Positions 1 to 9,765 of a DNA stretch of 64,000 nt are shown piece after piece. The notes beneath the pieces were generated by a model. That model did not search any database. It saw only the letters and a program-made list of their open reading frames with translations, and had not been told where the DNA came from. The stretch is from Candidatus Saccharimonadales bacterium. Its GTDB lineage: Bacteria > Patescibacteriota > Saccharimonadia > QS-5-54-17. A program made the translations under genes and the position numbers. How positions within the stretch are numbered: position 1 is the stretch's first letter; every line of letters begins with the position of its first letter. The stretch is from the NCBI GenBank assembly GCA_040903985.1, contig JBBDUI010000002.1:518038-582037 (forward strand), read 5' to 3'.

Positions 1-863
1 CTGAAGTTGGCCTACTAAATGATAATATCAGTAACCATATCGAGTTTGCTGCTACCGTAATCGACCTGGCTGTACGGGGCTATCTACGGATAGAGTTCAA
101 GGAAACCGGACGGTGGATTAAGAAGCAGAAATACACTTTTCATCAAATCGAGAGTTCCGACAGTTCACTATTACGCAACTATGAGCGCGATATCATCACA
201 GTGCTATTTAAAGAGGGTGGCACAATAGAGCTCGAAGACGTAGACGCTAAAGACATGTACAAGAGTCTGCAGAATATGCACAAAACTCTGAAGCAGAGTC
301 TTACTGAAAAAGGCTTGTATCGAGCCCAACCCGGCTGGGCCAAATCATTGTTTAAGCGGAGCGGTTCTCTGCTAGCTGCAGTAGTGGTAGCCTTTTTCCT
401 GACGCCGATTGCGGGCTTAGCGGCTCTGGCGTTAGCGGCAGGAATAGCTTCTTGGATGGGAGTGGGTACTCTAGCCTCGCGCGTTACCCATGAGGGCTAC
501 ACTGGCTGGGCTAAGATCGAGGGATTCAAGCTGTTTTTAAGTCTGACCGAGAAAGAACGGATGGACTTTCATGAGGCGCCAGAACGTCAACCGGAAGAGT
601 TTAGTAAGTTTCTCCCTTACGCCGTAGCACTGGGCGTGGAGGGGAAGTGGGCCAAGCAGTTTAGTTCTATGACTTTACCGCCACAGGATTGGGCGAATGG
701 GGCTAGTTCAGCGCTCATCACTAATGTTGCCTTTATGAGCGGCCTCTCTAGCGGGCTTAATTCTTACGCTCGCAGTGCCTATAACGGCAGTTCCGGTGGT
801 TTCTCCGGTGGTGGCGGCTTCTCTGGTGGGGGTATCGGCGGAGGCGGTGGGGGTAGCTGGTAG
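1..863 (+). CDS. DUF2207-family membrane protein (5' end outside window)
   Basis: Frame is open from base 3 (…AATVIDLAVRGYLRI…) into ORF 201..863; contains a KFLPYAVALGV motif and a Gly/Ser-rich tail ending GGGGGSW, typical of DUF2207. Confidence 0.8.
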   Translation, partial: EVGLLNDNISNHIEFAATVIDLAVRGYLRIEFKETGRWIKKQKYTFHQIESSDSSLLRNYERDIITVLFKEGGTIELEDVDAKDMYKSLQNMHKTLKQSLTEKGLYRAQPGWAKSLFKRSGSLLAAVVVAFFLTPIAGLAALALAAGIASWMGVGTLASRVTHEGYTGWAKIEGFKLFLSLTEKERMDFHEAPERQPEEFSKFLPYAVALGVEGKWAKQFSSMTLPPQDWANGASSALITNVAFMSGLSSGLNSYARSAYNGSSGGFSGGGGFSGGGIGGGGGGSW

Positions 864-882
864 AAGTGCTACAATGCCTAGT

Positions 883-1209
883 ATGCAAAGACGCAAATCC
901 CCTTGGCTAGCCGCCCTACTCAATCTGTTTGTACCCGGCACAGGCTATGTATATGTCGGTACTCGTTTTCGATTTGGAGTGTTGCTCATCGCCGCTGTTA
1001 CGATAACGCTGCTAGCACCCCCAGCCGAAGATGCTACGACCATGAGTCGATCCGATATAGAGGCTCTGATCCAGGACCCTAACTTTATGACGATCATGGC
1101 AGCGGGACTACTTATCGCCGCTGCGTTTGCCTATGATGCCTGGAATGATGCTCAAGTACACAACAAGCTAATCGACCTGACGGAAGTGTTAGACGAGACC
1201 GAAGAGTAA
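883..1209 (+). CDS. small membrane protein with a TM2-like N-terminus
   Basis: KSPWLAALLNLFVPGTGYVYVG motif plus hydrophobic helices; ATG 883 lies 7 nt after TACAAT, so I prefer it over 775. Confidence 0.7.
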   Translation: MQRRKSPWLAALLNLFVPGTGYVYVGTRFRFGVLLIAAVTITLLAPPAEDATTMSRSDIEALIQDPNFMTIMAAGLLIAAAFAYDAWNDAQVHNKLIDLTEVLDETEE

Positions 1210-1257
1210 TTTGGTATTTACATCTGTAGTTCGTATAATCAATAGGGTCTACTACAT

Positions 1258-1332
1258 GGCAGTGTAGCTCAGCGGTAGAGCAGCAGACTCATAAGCTGTT
1301 GGTCGGTGGTTCAAATCCACCCACTGCCACCA
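1258..1332 (+). tRNA. tRNA with CAT anticodon (elongator Met or Ile2)
   Basis: GGCAGTG/CACTGCC acceptor stem, CTCATAA loop, GGTTCAAATCC T-arm, encoded CCA; the G1:C72 pair argues against initiator tRNA. Confidence 0.92.
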
Positions 1333-1435
1333 CGTCAGACTAAACCTTCAGCTTCCGCAAAATAGCGGAAGGTGTTTTACTTTCAGCTTTCGGTTTGTCT
1401 TTCTTCTCCAAACGAAACAGTGCGTTTCGTTTGGG
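1333..1435 (+). repeat. tRNA-trailer structured repeat, copy 1
   Basis: CGTCAGACTAAACC…GGTTTGTCT…CCAAACGAAAC/GTTTCGTTTGG; near-identical copies at 24102 and 29057. Confidence 0.9.
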
Positions 1436-1495
1436 TACAATCTAGCTTGGTATTTCTATAGCTACTGAGGTGTCTGGCCTGAACCGTTTAGAGCA

Positions 1496-2086
1496 TTAGC
1501 TAGGATGATAGAACTCAGGGTGGGAGCTTAAGTATTCTTGGAGGGCCTCATAGTAAGGCATAACGTCACCGGAGATGGCTACCTTAGGCGCATCATAAGC
1601 TCCAGCTGCCTCAAAGGTGATTTCATTCTCAATCCAGCAGCGCCCGCCATCGAGACTGGAGAGGAAGGCCGGGGTCATCTTATCTAGAGCGTAGACGAAT
1701 TTGCTCTCCCGGTCTTGGCGTTGTTCATAGGCCTCAATCGCCTCAATCATGCCGGGAAAGTCACTAAAATTCTCCTTAATCTTTATTAGCGACTGGTGCT
1801 CCCGCTCTTTTTTGTCCGCTTGTGCCGCTACATCAAAAGCAAAGGTATCACCGGCGTAAGTTTCGACTAAATCATGAATGAGGGCGTATTTGATGATCTT
1901 ATTAGTGTCGAGCTCAGTATCGATTTGCGGAGCGATAAACCAGGCGAGCAGAGCTAAGAAGTAGGAGTGGTCAACATCGTTCTCAGCTTCATCAGTGCCC
2001 GGGATGTAGAGCGTCCGTTTCACGCCGCGAAAGGTGAGGAGGAACTTTTGAAACTCTAAGATTCGAGTGATATCCGGTTTGCTCAT
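1496..2086 (-). CDS. HD-domain hydrolase (YfbR/HDDC2-like 5'-deoxynucleotidase)
   Basis: ENDVDHS, ALIHDLVE and ALDK motifs; start probably MSKP at 2086. Confidence 0.8.
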   Translation of the reverse strand: MSKPDITRILEFQKFLLTFRGVKRTLYIPGTDEAENDVDHSYFLALLAWFIAPQIDTELDTNKIIKYALIHDLVETYAGDTFAFDVAAQADKKEREHQSLIKIKENFSDFPGMIEAIEAYEQRQDRESKFVYALDKMTPAFLSSLDGGRCWIENEITFEAAGAYDAPKVAISGDVMPYYEALQEYLSSHPEFYHPS

Positions 2087-2104
2087 GATTGGTACAATCA
2101 TTGT

Positions 2105-3025
2105 ATGGCAAATCGTTTACTAGACAAAGTCAAATTTCCTGCACCGGGGCGATATGTCCTGGCTGTGAGTGGTGGGGTGGACTCGATGAGCTTACTGGAT
2201 ATTATGGTTAAGCATGGCGGTTATGATCTTATCGTGGCGCACTTGGATCACGGTATGCGGATGGATTCGTTTCAAGATATGGAAATGGTACATGAAGTAA
2301 TAGTCGAGCTAGGACTGGAGTTCATCGGTGAGTCGCACCACCTCGGTGAGTTGGCTAGTGAAGCTATGGCTCGGGCGGCTCGCTACCGGCTGCTCGAGCA
2401 AGTTCGTGAGGAGTATAGCGCCGTGGCTATCATCACTGCGCATCATCTTGACGATCGGATCGAGACTATGTTGCTGAATCAGCAGCGGGGGGCGGACTGG
2501 CAGGGCTTAGCGCCGCTCCAGGAGACCGGACTGATTAAGCGTCCTTTGCTTAATATTTGGAAAGAAGAGCTATATGAGTATGCCCGGCAGCACAATCTGC
2601 GCTGGCGAGAAGATAGTACTAATCTAACGCTTAACACGCCACGCAATCATCTCCGAGCTGAACTGGCTAAGCACCCTGAACGTAAACTACAGCTAAAGCG
2701 AGAGCTGGAGCGTAATGACAAACAGCGCCAGCTGCGCGAGGTCGAGCTAGAACGTATCACATCTGAAGTGGCACAGTGTGGCGGGGAAGAGGTATTTATA
2801 AATCGTAGTAAATTTTTATGTTTGAGTACGACAGCCGCGCGAGACGTGTTACTTTGGGTACTGCGCCGTTATCCCGAGCTTGAAGTGTCGAGAGCGCAGA
2901 TTTTGCGCCTAGAGCACTTTATCAAGACAGCGCGAGTAGATAAGCAGTTGCCGCTTAGCGGGACTATTTGTGCCTGTGCTAAGCGCAATGGTATCGTTAT
3001 CTCTACGTCCTGTATACTTAAATAA
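2105..3025 (+). CDS. tilS: tRNA(Ile)-lysidine synthetase
   Basis: AVSGGVDSM PP-loop, AHLDHGMR, TAHHLDD, EDSTN; directly upstream of ftsH as is usual. Confidence 0.93.
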   Translation: MANRLLDKVKFPAPGRYVLAVSGGVDSMSLLDIMVKHGGYDLIVAHLDHGMRMDSFQDMEMVHEVIVELGLEFIGESHHLGELASEAMARAARYRLLEQVREEYSAVAIITAHHLDDRIETMLLNQQRGADWQGLAPLQETGLIKRPLLNIWKEELYEYARQHNLRWREDSTNLTLNTPRNHLRAELAKHPERKLQLKRELERNDKQRQLREVELERITSEVAQCGGEEVFINRSKFLCLSTTAARDVLLWVLRRYPELEVSRAQILRLEHFIKTARVDKQLPLSGTICACAKRNGIVISTSCILK

Positions 3026-3048
3026 TGTAATGATTAGGTGCTAATTTT

Positions 3049-4890
3049 ATGAAACCACAACGAGTAAATATGAAGAAACAGAATCGCAACTTCGGTTTTC
3101 TGGCCGTAGTTATAGTCTTCGTCATGATAGTCTGGGCGCTATCTAATACGACTGAGAACACCGAGCAGGTTTCACTGTCCGAAGTGGTGCGTCAGGTCGA
3201 GGAGGGTAATATCGAGGAGATTATCGTTGAAGGCAGCCAGATTACAGCTGTACCGAACGATGAGAATGCCCCTCGCTTAGTGACATTTCGGGAGGATCCG
3301 GGGGTTAGCATCACTGAGTACGGCATCAATCCGACCGAGGTAGATATAACTACTAGTGACCCAGATGCTGGTGCTGGACGTTTTCTCGATATCTTCCTCA
3401 TCTCGTTCTTGCCTATTATGATCCTGGTTGGCTTCTTCTACTTTATGATGCGGCAGGCTCAGGGCCAGAATAACCAAGCCATGGGCTTTGGCAAGAGTAA
3501 GGCTAAAGTATACGGAAACGACAAAGAGAAGGTGACGTTCGGTGAGGTGGCTGGAGCGGAGGAATCGAAAGAGGAACTGGAAGAAATCGTCGAGTTTCTC
3601 AAAACGCCAAAGAAGTTTGCCGATGTCGGTGCTCGCATCCCTAAAGGCGTGCTGCTAATCGGAGCTCCAGGAACCGGAAAGACGATGTTAGCTCGAGCCG
3701 TTGCCGGTGAGGCCGGGGTGCCGTTTTTCAGTATCTCTGGAAGTGAGTTCGTCGAGATGTTTGTCGGTGTCGGTGCTTCCCGGGTACGCGATCTATTTAT
3801 GAAGGCCAAGAAGAATGCGCCTTGCATCATCTTCGTCGACGAGATCGATGCAGTCGGTCGCCGGCGGGGCTCTGGTCTTGGCGGTGGGCACGATGAGCGA
3901 GAGCAGACACTGAACCAGATATTAGTCGAAATGGATGGCTTCGAGCAGGGAACTAACGTGATCGTGATTGCGGCTACTAACCGGCCCGACGTACTAGATC
4001 CAGCGCTGCTACGCCCCGGCCGTTTCGACCGTCAGGTACGTATGGACCTACCCGATCGCAAAGATCGTGCCGCTATCTTAGATGTGCACCTGGAGAAGAA
4101 GCCGAAGGGCGATGATCTGCAGATCGACTCCCTAGCTGGTAAGACGGCCGGTATGAGTGGTGCCGATCTAGCTAACGTCGTTAATGAAGCTGCTATCTTG
4201 GCTGCTCGTAACAACCGGAAGAAAATCATTAACCAAGACCTAGACGATGCATTTGAGAAGGTCGCTATCGGGCCGGAGCGCAAGAGCAAGGTCATGAGCG
4301 ATGAGGAGAAGAAGCTGACCGCCTACCACGAAGGTGGACACGCCATCGTGGGGCACTTATTGGCTAATGCCGATCCGATTCACAAAGTAACTATTGTCAG
4401 TCGCGGTGGCGCTGGTGGAGTGACCTGGAGTTTGCCGACTGAGGACCGTAACTACCGCACTATCGCCGAGTTTAGAGATTCTATGGCAATGGCGATGGGT
4501 GGTCGAGTGGCCGAAGAGCTAGTCTTTGGACCAGATAAGGTGACGACCGGCGCTAGCAGTGACCTGCAGAACGCCACCGGTACGGCTCGTAGTATGGTAG
4601 TGAAGTATGGCATGAGTGATAAGCTGGCCAACCAGTATTTCGACTCTTCCGATCATTCAATCATCCTCGATCGTGAACTATCTCAGACCAAGGAGTATTC
4701 CGACGCTACGGCCGAGTTAATCGATGCTGAGATCACCCGCCTCCTCCAGGATGCTACCGAGCGCGCCCGTAAGGTAATCGAAGGCAACCGCAAAGCGCTT
4801 GATGCACTGGCCGCAGCACTGCTCGAGCAGGAGACTCTGAACGAAGACGAGGTTCGTGAAATCCTCAAAGACGCTCTCGCCCCTAAATAG
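3049..4890 (+). CDS. ftsH: ATP-dependent zinc metalloprotease FtsH
   Basis: Two TM helices, [30 protein letters not shown]; start may be 3070. Confidence 0.97.
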   Translation: MKPQRVNMKKQNRNFGFLAVVIVFVMIVWALSNTTENTEQVSLSEVVRQVEEGNIEEIIVEGSQITAVPNDENAPRLVTFREDPGVSITEYGINPTEVDITTSDPDAGAGRFLDIFLISFLPIMILVGFFYFMMRQAQGQNNQAMGFGKSKAKVYGNDKEKVTFGEVAGAEESKEELEEIVEFLKTPKKFADVGARIPKGVLLIGAPGTGKTMLARAVAGEAGVPFFSISGSEFVEMFVGVGASRVRDLFMKAKKNAPCIIFVDEIDAVGRRRGSGLGGGHDEREQTLNQILVEMDGFEQGTNVIVIAATNRPDVLDPALLRPGRFDRQVRMDLPDRKDRAAILDVHLEKKPKGDDLQIDSLAGKTAGMSGADLANVVNEAAILAARNNRKKIINQDLDDAFEKVAIGPERKSKVMSDEEKKLTAYHEGGHAIVGHLLANADPIHKVTIVSRGGAGGVTWSLPTEDRNYRTIAEFRDSMAMAMGGRVAEELVFGPDKVTTGASSDLQNATGTARSMVVKYGMSDKLANQYFDSSDHSIILDRELSQTKEYSDATAELIDAEITRLLQDATERARKVIEGNRKALDALAAALLEQETLNEDEVREILKDALAPK

Positions 4891-4956
4891 TCGAGCCTTA
4901 AATCTATTTGTCCAAATGGGTCCAAGCTGACATAATCTATTCTCAGAGGAATAGAC

Positions 4957-6537
4957 ATGGCAAACAGCGTACTCAAACGTGCTAATAAATCACTAACTAT
5001 CGGTGTAGCTGCCTCGCTTTTAGCGGGCAGCTACTTCTTAAGCGGACTCTTCGGCTTACTTAGGGATCGTCTGCTGGCAGCGCGTTTCGGTCTCGAGGGC
5101 GAGCTCGATGCTTATTTCGCCGCCTTCTCATTACCTGATTTAATGTTTTTCATTCTCGTCTCCGGTGCCTTAACTGTCACTTTACTCCCAGTGTTAAACG
5201 AGCGGTTCGCTGGCGGGAATAAGAAGTCGGCCTGGGAGATATCATCTAGCATCACTAACCTCCTGGGGCTATTAACCTTAGTTGCTAGCGTCATCATCTT
5301 TGCCTTTGCTAATCAGCTGATGGGGCTAGTAGCACCGGGCTTCGATGCCGCGCAGCAGGAGGTGGCGGCTAACATCATGCGTATTTTAGCTCTTAACCCC
5401 TTCTTCTTCTCCCTCTCCAGCGTTTTCGGTACCATTCAGCAGGCTTATGGCCGGTTCTTTTTCTTCTCTCTAGCGCCGGTAATTTATAACCTCGGTATCA
5501 TCTTCGGTATCCTTTATTTGACCGACAGTTACGGTATCTACGGTGTAGCCTTTGGTGTTGTCATCGGTGCTATCGCTCAGTTAGGGATTCAGATTCTTGG
5601 GGTGGCCGGGCTGGGGTTCACCTACAAACCACAGATTTTCTGGAAGAATAAAGGTTTTCGAAAGGTACTACGCCTCATCATTCCCCGCTCAATCGATGAA
5701 GGCTTTGAGTATTTGATCGCTGTGATCGAGCGGGCCATCGCTTCTGGACTGGCGGTCGGTGCCATTGCAGCTTACCAGATTGCCTTTAACTTGAAGAACT
5801 ATCCGATCACGCTAATCGGTACCGCTATCGCGACGGCGGCCTTCCCGAAGATTTCCGAGCGAGCCCTGAGTAATCGGACCGACCTGCTAAAGAAGGAGAT
5901 CTTAGGTGTATTGCGAGCGATTCTCTGGTTTGCAGTCCCGGCTGCAGTGGTTGTGGTCTTCATGCGTGGCTACATCGTGCGTCTGCTTATCGGCTTTGGG
6001 GATATGACGGTTGCCAACGTGCTAGGTTGGTTTGCTGTGGCCATCATCTTCCAGTCGCTACTGCGGCTGGTCAACCGAGTCTTTTACGCTCAACAGGATA
6101 CTAAAACTCCGCTTTACGTCAGTGTGGTGGCCATCATCTTGAACGTTAGCCTAGCTATCTATCTAGCCAACATCTACGGTGTTAGCGGATTAGCCATGGC
6201 CCAGTCGATTGTCGCCATTGTCGAGGTGATAATTCTGATGACAATCCTCTCCCGCCGCCTCGGCAGCTTCATTACCCGTAAATTTATGCGACAGTTGAGC
6301 GGTATCATAGCAGCTTCGACCGTAATGGGTAGTGCGACTTACGGACTGGTCCGTTACGTCTTTCCACTACTAGCGGGAGAGACCGGCTTCTTCTCGCTAG
6401 TGCCGAAGTTTGCGACCATTAGTATCCTCAGTTTTGTCGTCTACATTCTCTGCGGTATCCAGCTGAAGCTGCCAGAAGCGCAGGCAGTAGCCAAACGGGT
6501 GCGCAGCTTCGTCCACCGTCGCGTACCGCTCGGTTAG
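4957..6537 (+). CDS. murJ: lipid II flippase MurJ (MviN)
   Basis: GLLRDRLLAARFG, DAYFAAFSLPD, FYAQQDTKTP; many TM helices. Confidence 0.92.
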   Translation: MANSVLKRANKSLTIGVAASLLAGSYFLSGLFGLLRDRLLAARFGLEGELDAYFAAFSLPDLMFFILVSGALTVTLLPVLNERFAGGNKKSAWEISSSITNLLGLLTLVASVIIFAFANQLMGLVAPGFDAAQQEVAANIMRILALNPFFFSLSSVFGTIQQAYGRFFFFSLAPVIYNLGIIFGILYLTDSYGIYGVAFGVVIGAIAQLGIQILGVAGLGFTYKPQIFWKNKGFRKVLRLIIPRSIDEGFEYLIAVIERAIASGLAVGAIAAYQIAFNLKNYPITLIGTAIATAAFPKISERALSNRTDLLKKEILGVLRAILWFAVPAAVVVVFMRGYIVRLLIGFGDMTVANVLGWFAVAIIFQSLLRLVNRVFYAQQDTKTPLYVSVVAIILNVSLAIYLANIYGVSGLAMAQSIVAIVEVIILMTILSRRLGSFITRKFMRQLSGIIAASTVMGSATYGLVRYVFPLLAGETGFFSLVPKFATISILSFVVYILCGIQLKLPEAQAVAKRVRSFVHRRVPLG

Positions 6538-6632
6538 TCGGCTGAGACTCGCGCACCTTTCACACCTTACCTGATTGATATAAAGTGGGTGAACAGAGAT
6601 ACGAGCTAATATTTTTTAGAAAGGCAGCTTAG

Positions 6633-8423
6633 ATGGCGAGTGGCGCAGGACCTAACATCCGCAACTTCTGTATCATAGCGCACATCGATCACGGCAAATC
6701 TACCTTAGCTGATCGGATGCTGGAGATTACCGGGACGGTCGAGCAGCGCAATATGCGGGCACAGTTGCTGGATCAGATGGATCTGGAGCGAGAGAAAGGG
6801 ATTACGATTAAACTCCAGCCGGTGCGAATGGAGTGGAAGGATTGCGAACTTAACTTAATCGATACCCCTGGACACGTCGACTTTAGTTATGAGGTGTCGC
6901 GTAGCCTGGCCGCCGTGGAGGGAGCAATTCTAGTGGTAGATGCAGCTCAAGGTATCGAGGCTCAGACGCTGGCTAACGTCTACCTGGCCATCGAGGCAGG
7001 CCTAGAGATAGTGCCGGTACTAAATAAGATCGACCTACCGGCGGCCCAGCCAGATAAGGTAGCCCGTGAGGTCAGTAATCTACTCGGCTGCCAGCCGGAA
7101 GACGTGCTGCGGGTATCGGCTAAGACCGGTGAAGGGGTGGCAGAAGTCTTAGATAAGCTAGTCGCGAGCGTACCGCCCCCGCAGGGCGATAGCGATGGTG
7201 ATTTACGTGCCCTAATTTTCGATTCAATCTATGATGAGTATCGTGGTGTCATTCTCTATGTTCGGATAGTCGACGGTACGCTTAGTTCCGGTGCTTCGAT
7301 CGCTCTGCTTGGCAGCGGTAAGGCTAGTGAGGCGATCGAGGTCGGTGCTTTCATGCCGGCACCGGTAGCCCGTGACCAGCTGTCTAGTGGTGAGATCGGC
7401 TATGTCACTACTAGCTACAAGTCGGTTCGGGAAGCCCGAGTGGGAGATACGCTTACCTTAGCGAAAGGTTCTCGAGCCAAGGCCTTGCCCGGGTATAAGA
7501 CTATCAAGCCATTTGTCTTCGCTGGTGTATTCCCCAGCTCCGGTGATCAGCATGCTCAGCTAAAGGATGCCCTCGATCGGCTGCAGCTCAATGATGCCGC
7601 ACTGCAGTATGATCCGGAGAATTCGCAAGTGCTGGGCTTCGGCTTTCGCATCGGCTTCTTAGGTTTATTACATCTAGAGATAGTTAAAGAGCGCCTAGAA
7701 CGGGAGTATGATCTCGATCTCATCATCACTAATCCTTCGACCGACTATCAGGTGAAGCTAAACAATGGAGAGGAGTTGATGATCCGGACCGCTATCGCCC
7801 TGCCCGACCCTTCGCGGGTGGCCAGTATCGCCGAGCCTTGGATTGGGGGCGAGGTGGTGGTCAAGAAAGAGTACCTGGGTAATGTTATCGGTTTAATTAA
7901 TGATATTCGTGGTGAACAGAAGCATCTCAGTTACCCAGAGACCGACACGGCTCTAATCCGTTTCGAGGCACCATTAGCTAACGTTCTAACCGACTTTTAC
8001 GATCGACTGAAGAGCACGACTAGTGGTTACGGCTCTTTCAGCTATGAGCCGATTGGCTATCGAGTGGAGAACTTAGTCCGGATCGACCTCCTGATTGGTG
8101 GTGAGCTGGTCGACTCGCTGAGTCAGATCGTTCATCGCAGCGAATCATATCGGGTCGGTAAATTGATCGTCGATAAACTTAAAGACGTCATCCCGCGTCA
8201 GCTGTATGAGGTAAGTTTGCAGGCCGCTATCGGCGGCAAGATTATCGCCCGGGAGAACATTAAGCCGATGGGGAAGAATGTGACGGCCAAGCTCTACGGC
8301 GGTGATGTAACTCGTAAGCAGAAGCTACTTAAGAAGCAGAAGGCAGGCAAGAAGCGTATGAAGATGATGGGTCAGGTCGAGATTCCGGCCGAGGCCTTTA
8401 CTGTACTGTTGAGTAAGGAGTAG
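6633..8423 (+). CDS. lepA: elongation factor 4 (LepA)
   Basis: NFCIIAHIDHGKSTLADR, DTPGHVDF, GFLGLLHLEI, KLYGGDVTRKQKL. Confidence 0.97.
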   Translation: MASGAGPNIRNFCIIAHIDHGKSTLADRMLEITGTVEQRNMRAQLLDQMDLEREKGITIKLQPVRMEWKDCELNLIDTPGHVDFSYEVSRSLAAVEGAILVVDAAQGIEAQTLANVYLAIEAGLEIVPVLNKIDLPAAQPDKVAREVSNLLGCQPEDVLRVSAKTGEGVAEVLDKLVASVPPPQGDSDGDLRALIFDSIYDEYRGVILYVRIVDGTLSSGASIALLGSGKASEAIEVGAFMPAPVARDQLSSGEIGYVTTSYKSVREARVGDTLTLAKGSRAKALPGYKTIKPFVFAGVFPSSGDQHAQLKDALDRLQLNDAALQYDPENSQVLGFGFRIGFLGLLHLEIVKERLEREYDLDLIITNPSTDYQVKLNNGEELMIRTAIALPDPSRVASIAEPWIGGEVVVKKEYLGNVIGLINDIRGEQKHLSYPETDTALIRFEAPLANVLTDFYDRLKSTTSGYGSFSYEPIGYRVENLVRIDLLIGGELVDSLSQIVHRSESYRVGKLIVDKLKDVIPRQLYEVSLQAAIGGKIIARENIKPMGKNVTAKLYGGDVTRKQKLLKKQKAGKKRMKMMGQVEIPAEAFTVLLSKE

Positions 8424-8425
8424 AC

Positions 8426-9025
8426 ATGGCCGAAGAGCTCGAGGCGATCGATCAATACAAGCGAGAGATAGTGATCGATTATTGCCAGCCGATGCAGTTC
8501 GATCCTGAGGCGATGCAGTTTATAGTCGGCAGCGGAACGCCAGTAAGTATACCTCTGGACGGTTTCACTCGTAGTCCTGATCTCGATTTAACCTTAGCTA
8601 GTGAAGTGAGGTCAGATCCCGAAAAGGCGGACGAGCACTTAGTCTTAGATACTTTCGGAAACGTAGTGGTGTTGCCACCACTGCATGCCTGGCTGAGAGA
8701 ATTGAGTGCAGATGAGTCAAGAAAGGGGGCAGTTGAAAGAGATACCGCCAGCTTGATAGGCGAAGTTTACACTTTCTTAGTGCCAGACGATTCGGTTATT
8801 CCCGTGATGGGTTATGATCATATGTCGTTCGGGGCAGCTATTAATCAGCGCGCCAGCTTCTGTTTGATTACTTTAGGTGACTGCACCTGTCTCGGACCAG
8901 AAGGTAGCTCGAGGCCGGATGATGGTTATTATCAGGAGTACAGCTTTCATAATATATTTAATCAGGCGCAAATGATCAGTCTCTATGCTGGAGCCGGTTA
9001 TCTAAGTTGGCTGTCTCGACAATAA
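8426..9025 (+). CDS. hypothetical protein
   Basis: 199-aa ORF starting 2 nt after the lepA stop; no recognised motif. Confidence 0.6.
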   Translation: MAEELEAIDQYKREIVIDYCQPMQFDPEAMQFIVGSGTPVSIPLDGFTRSPDLDLTLASEVRSDPEKADEHLVLDTFGNVVVLPPLHAWLRELSADESRKGAVERDTASLIGEVYTFLVPDDSVIPVMGYDHMSFGAAINQRASFCLITLGDCTCLGPEGSSRPDDGYYQEYSFHNIFNQAQMISLYAGAGYLSWLSRQ

Positions 9026-9043
9026 CCTTGGTATAGTGAAAGC

Positions 9044-9130
9044 ATGTATCCTACTACCCGCACTGAATCGCCAGCCTTCTCGATTAAAATGACGACACAT
9101 CACTCTAAATTAGTGGCGTTAAAAACGTGA
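9044..9130 (+). CDS. candidate 28-aa leaderless upstream ORF (MYPTTRTESPAFSIKMTTHHSKLVALKT)
   Basis: ATG lies 6 nt after TATAGT; its TGA overlaps the gmk GTG start (GTGA). Confidence 0.4.
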   Translation: MYPTTRTESPAFSIKMTTHHSKLVALKT

Positions 9131-9684
9131 AAGGACAGCTATTTGTACTTTCCGGTCCTGGGGGGGTGGGCAAGACGACAGTGGCGTTAGCACTGCTCGA
9201 GCAGATACCGACTCTCGAGCGGGTAGTAACTATGACGACTAAGCAGCCACGCCCGAGTGAGGTAGATGAATCCGACTATTTCTTTGTTTCAGAGGCTGAG
9301 TTTAGGCGCCACGTCGCTAGCGGCGATTTTCTTGAGCATGCCGAAGTGTATGGTCAAGATTTCTACGGCACACCTAGAGCGGCCATCGATGCCGTGATCA
9401 ATGCGGGCAAGCAGGCACTGCTCGTCATCGATGTCCACGGTGGCGGGCAAGTTAAGGCCCACTATCCGAGCGCCCAACTCATCTTTCTTTTGCCGCCCTC
9501 ACTGGAGGAACTAAAACGTCGATTACTTACACGCGGAGAGGATGATGTAGCAGCTATTAATGCTCGGCTGCATGAAGCCACCCGGGAGATTGAGATCGGC
9601 CGAGTTAAATATGATCACTGTGTCGTTAACGATAAGCTCGAGAGGGCGGTAGCAGAGATAGAAGCGATAATTACTGCACTCTAG
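9127..9684 (+). CDS. gmk: guanylate kinase
   Basis: SGPGGVGKTT P-loop, TTKQPRPSE, FYGT, IFLLPPSLEELKRRL. Confidence 0.93.
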   Translation: MKGQLFVLSGPGGVGKTTVALALLEQIPTLERVVTMTTKQPRPSEVDESDYFFVSEAEFRRHVASGDFLEHAEVYGQDFYGTPRAAIDAVINAGKQALLVIDVHGGGQVKAHYPSAQLIFLLPPSLEELKRRLLTRGEDDVAAINARLHEATREIEIGRVKYDHCVVNDKLERAVAEIEAIITAL

Positions 9685-9707
9685 CACTCTTGACTACCGA
9701 GTGCTAA
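9681..9707 (+). promoter_or_regulatory. CIRCE operator 1, overlapping the -35 of a sigma70 promoter
   Basis: CTAGCACTC-N9-GAGTGCTAA; TTGACT (9690-95) is 17 bp from TATGAT (9713-18). Confidence 0.92.
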
Positions 9708-9725
9708 ATTCGTATGATGAGAGTA

Positions 9726-9752
9726 TCAGCACTAATCATTAGCGAGTGCCAA
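9726..9752 (+). promoter_or_regulatory. CIRCE operator 2 (degenerate)
   Basis: TCAGCACTA-N9-GAGTGCCAA between the -10 box and the hrcA start. Confidence 0.75.
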
Positions 9753-9765
9753 AGAGGTACCTATC

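Noticed and set aside
1258-1332. Firm assignment as tRNA-Ile2 because tilS is nearby
   Set aside because: Proximity is suggestive only; Met versus Ile2 needs an isotype-specific model.
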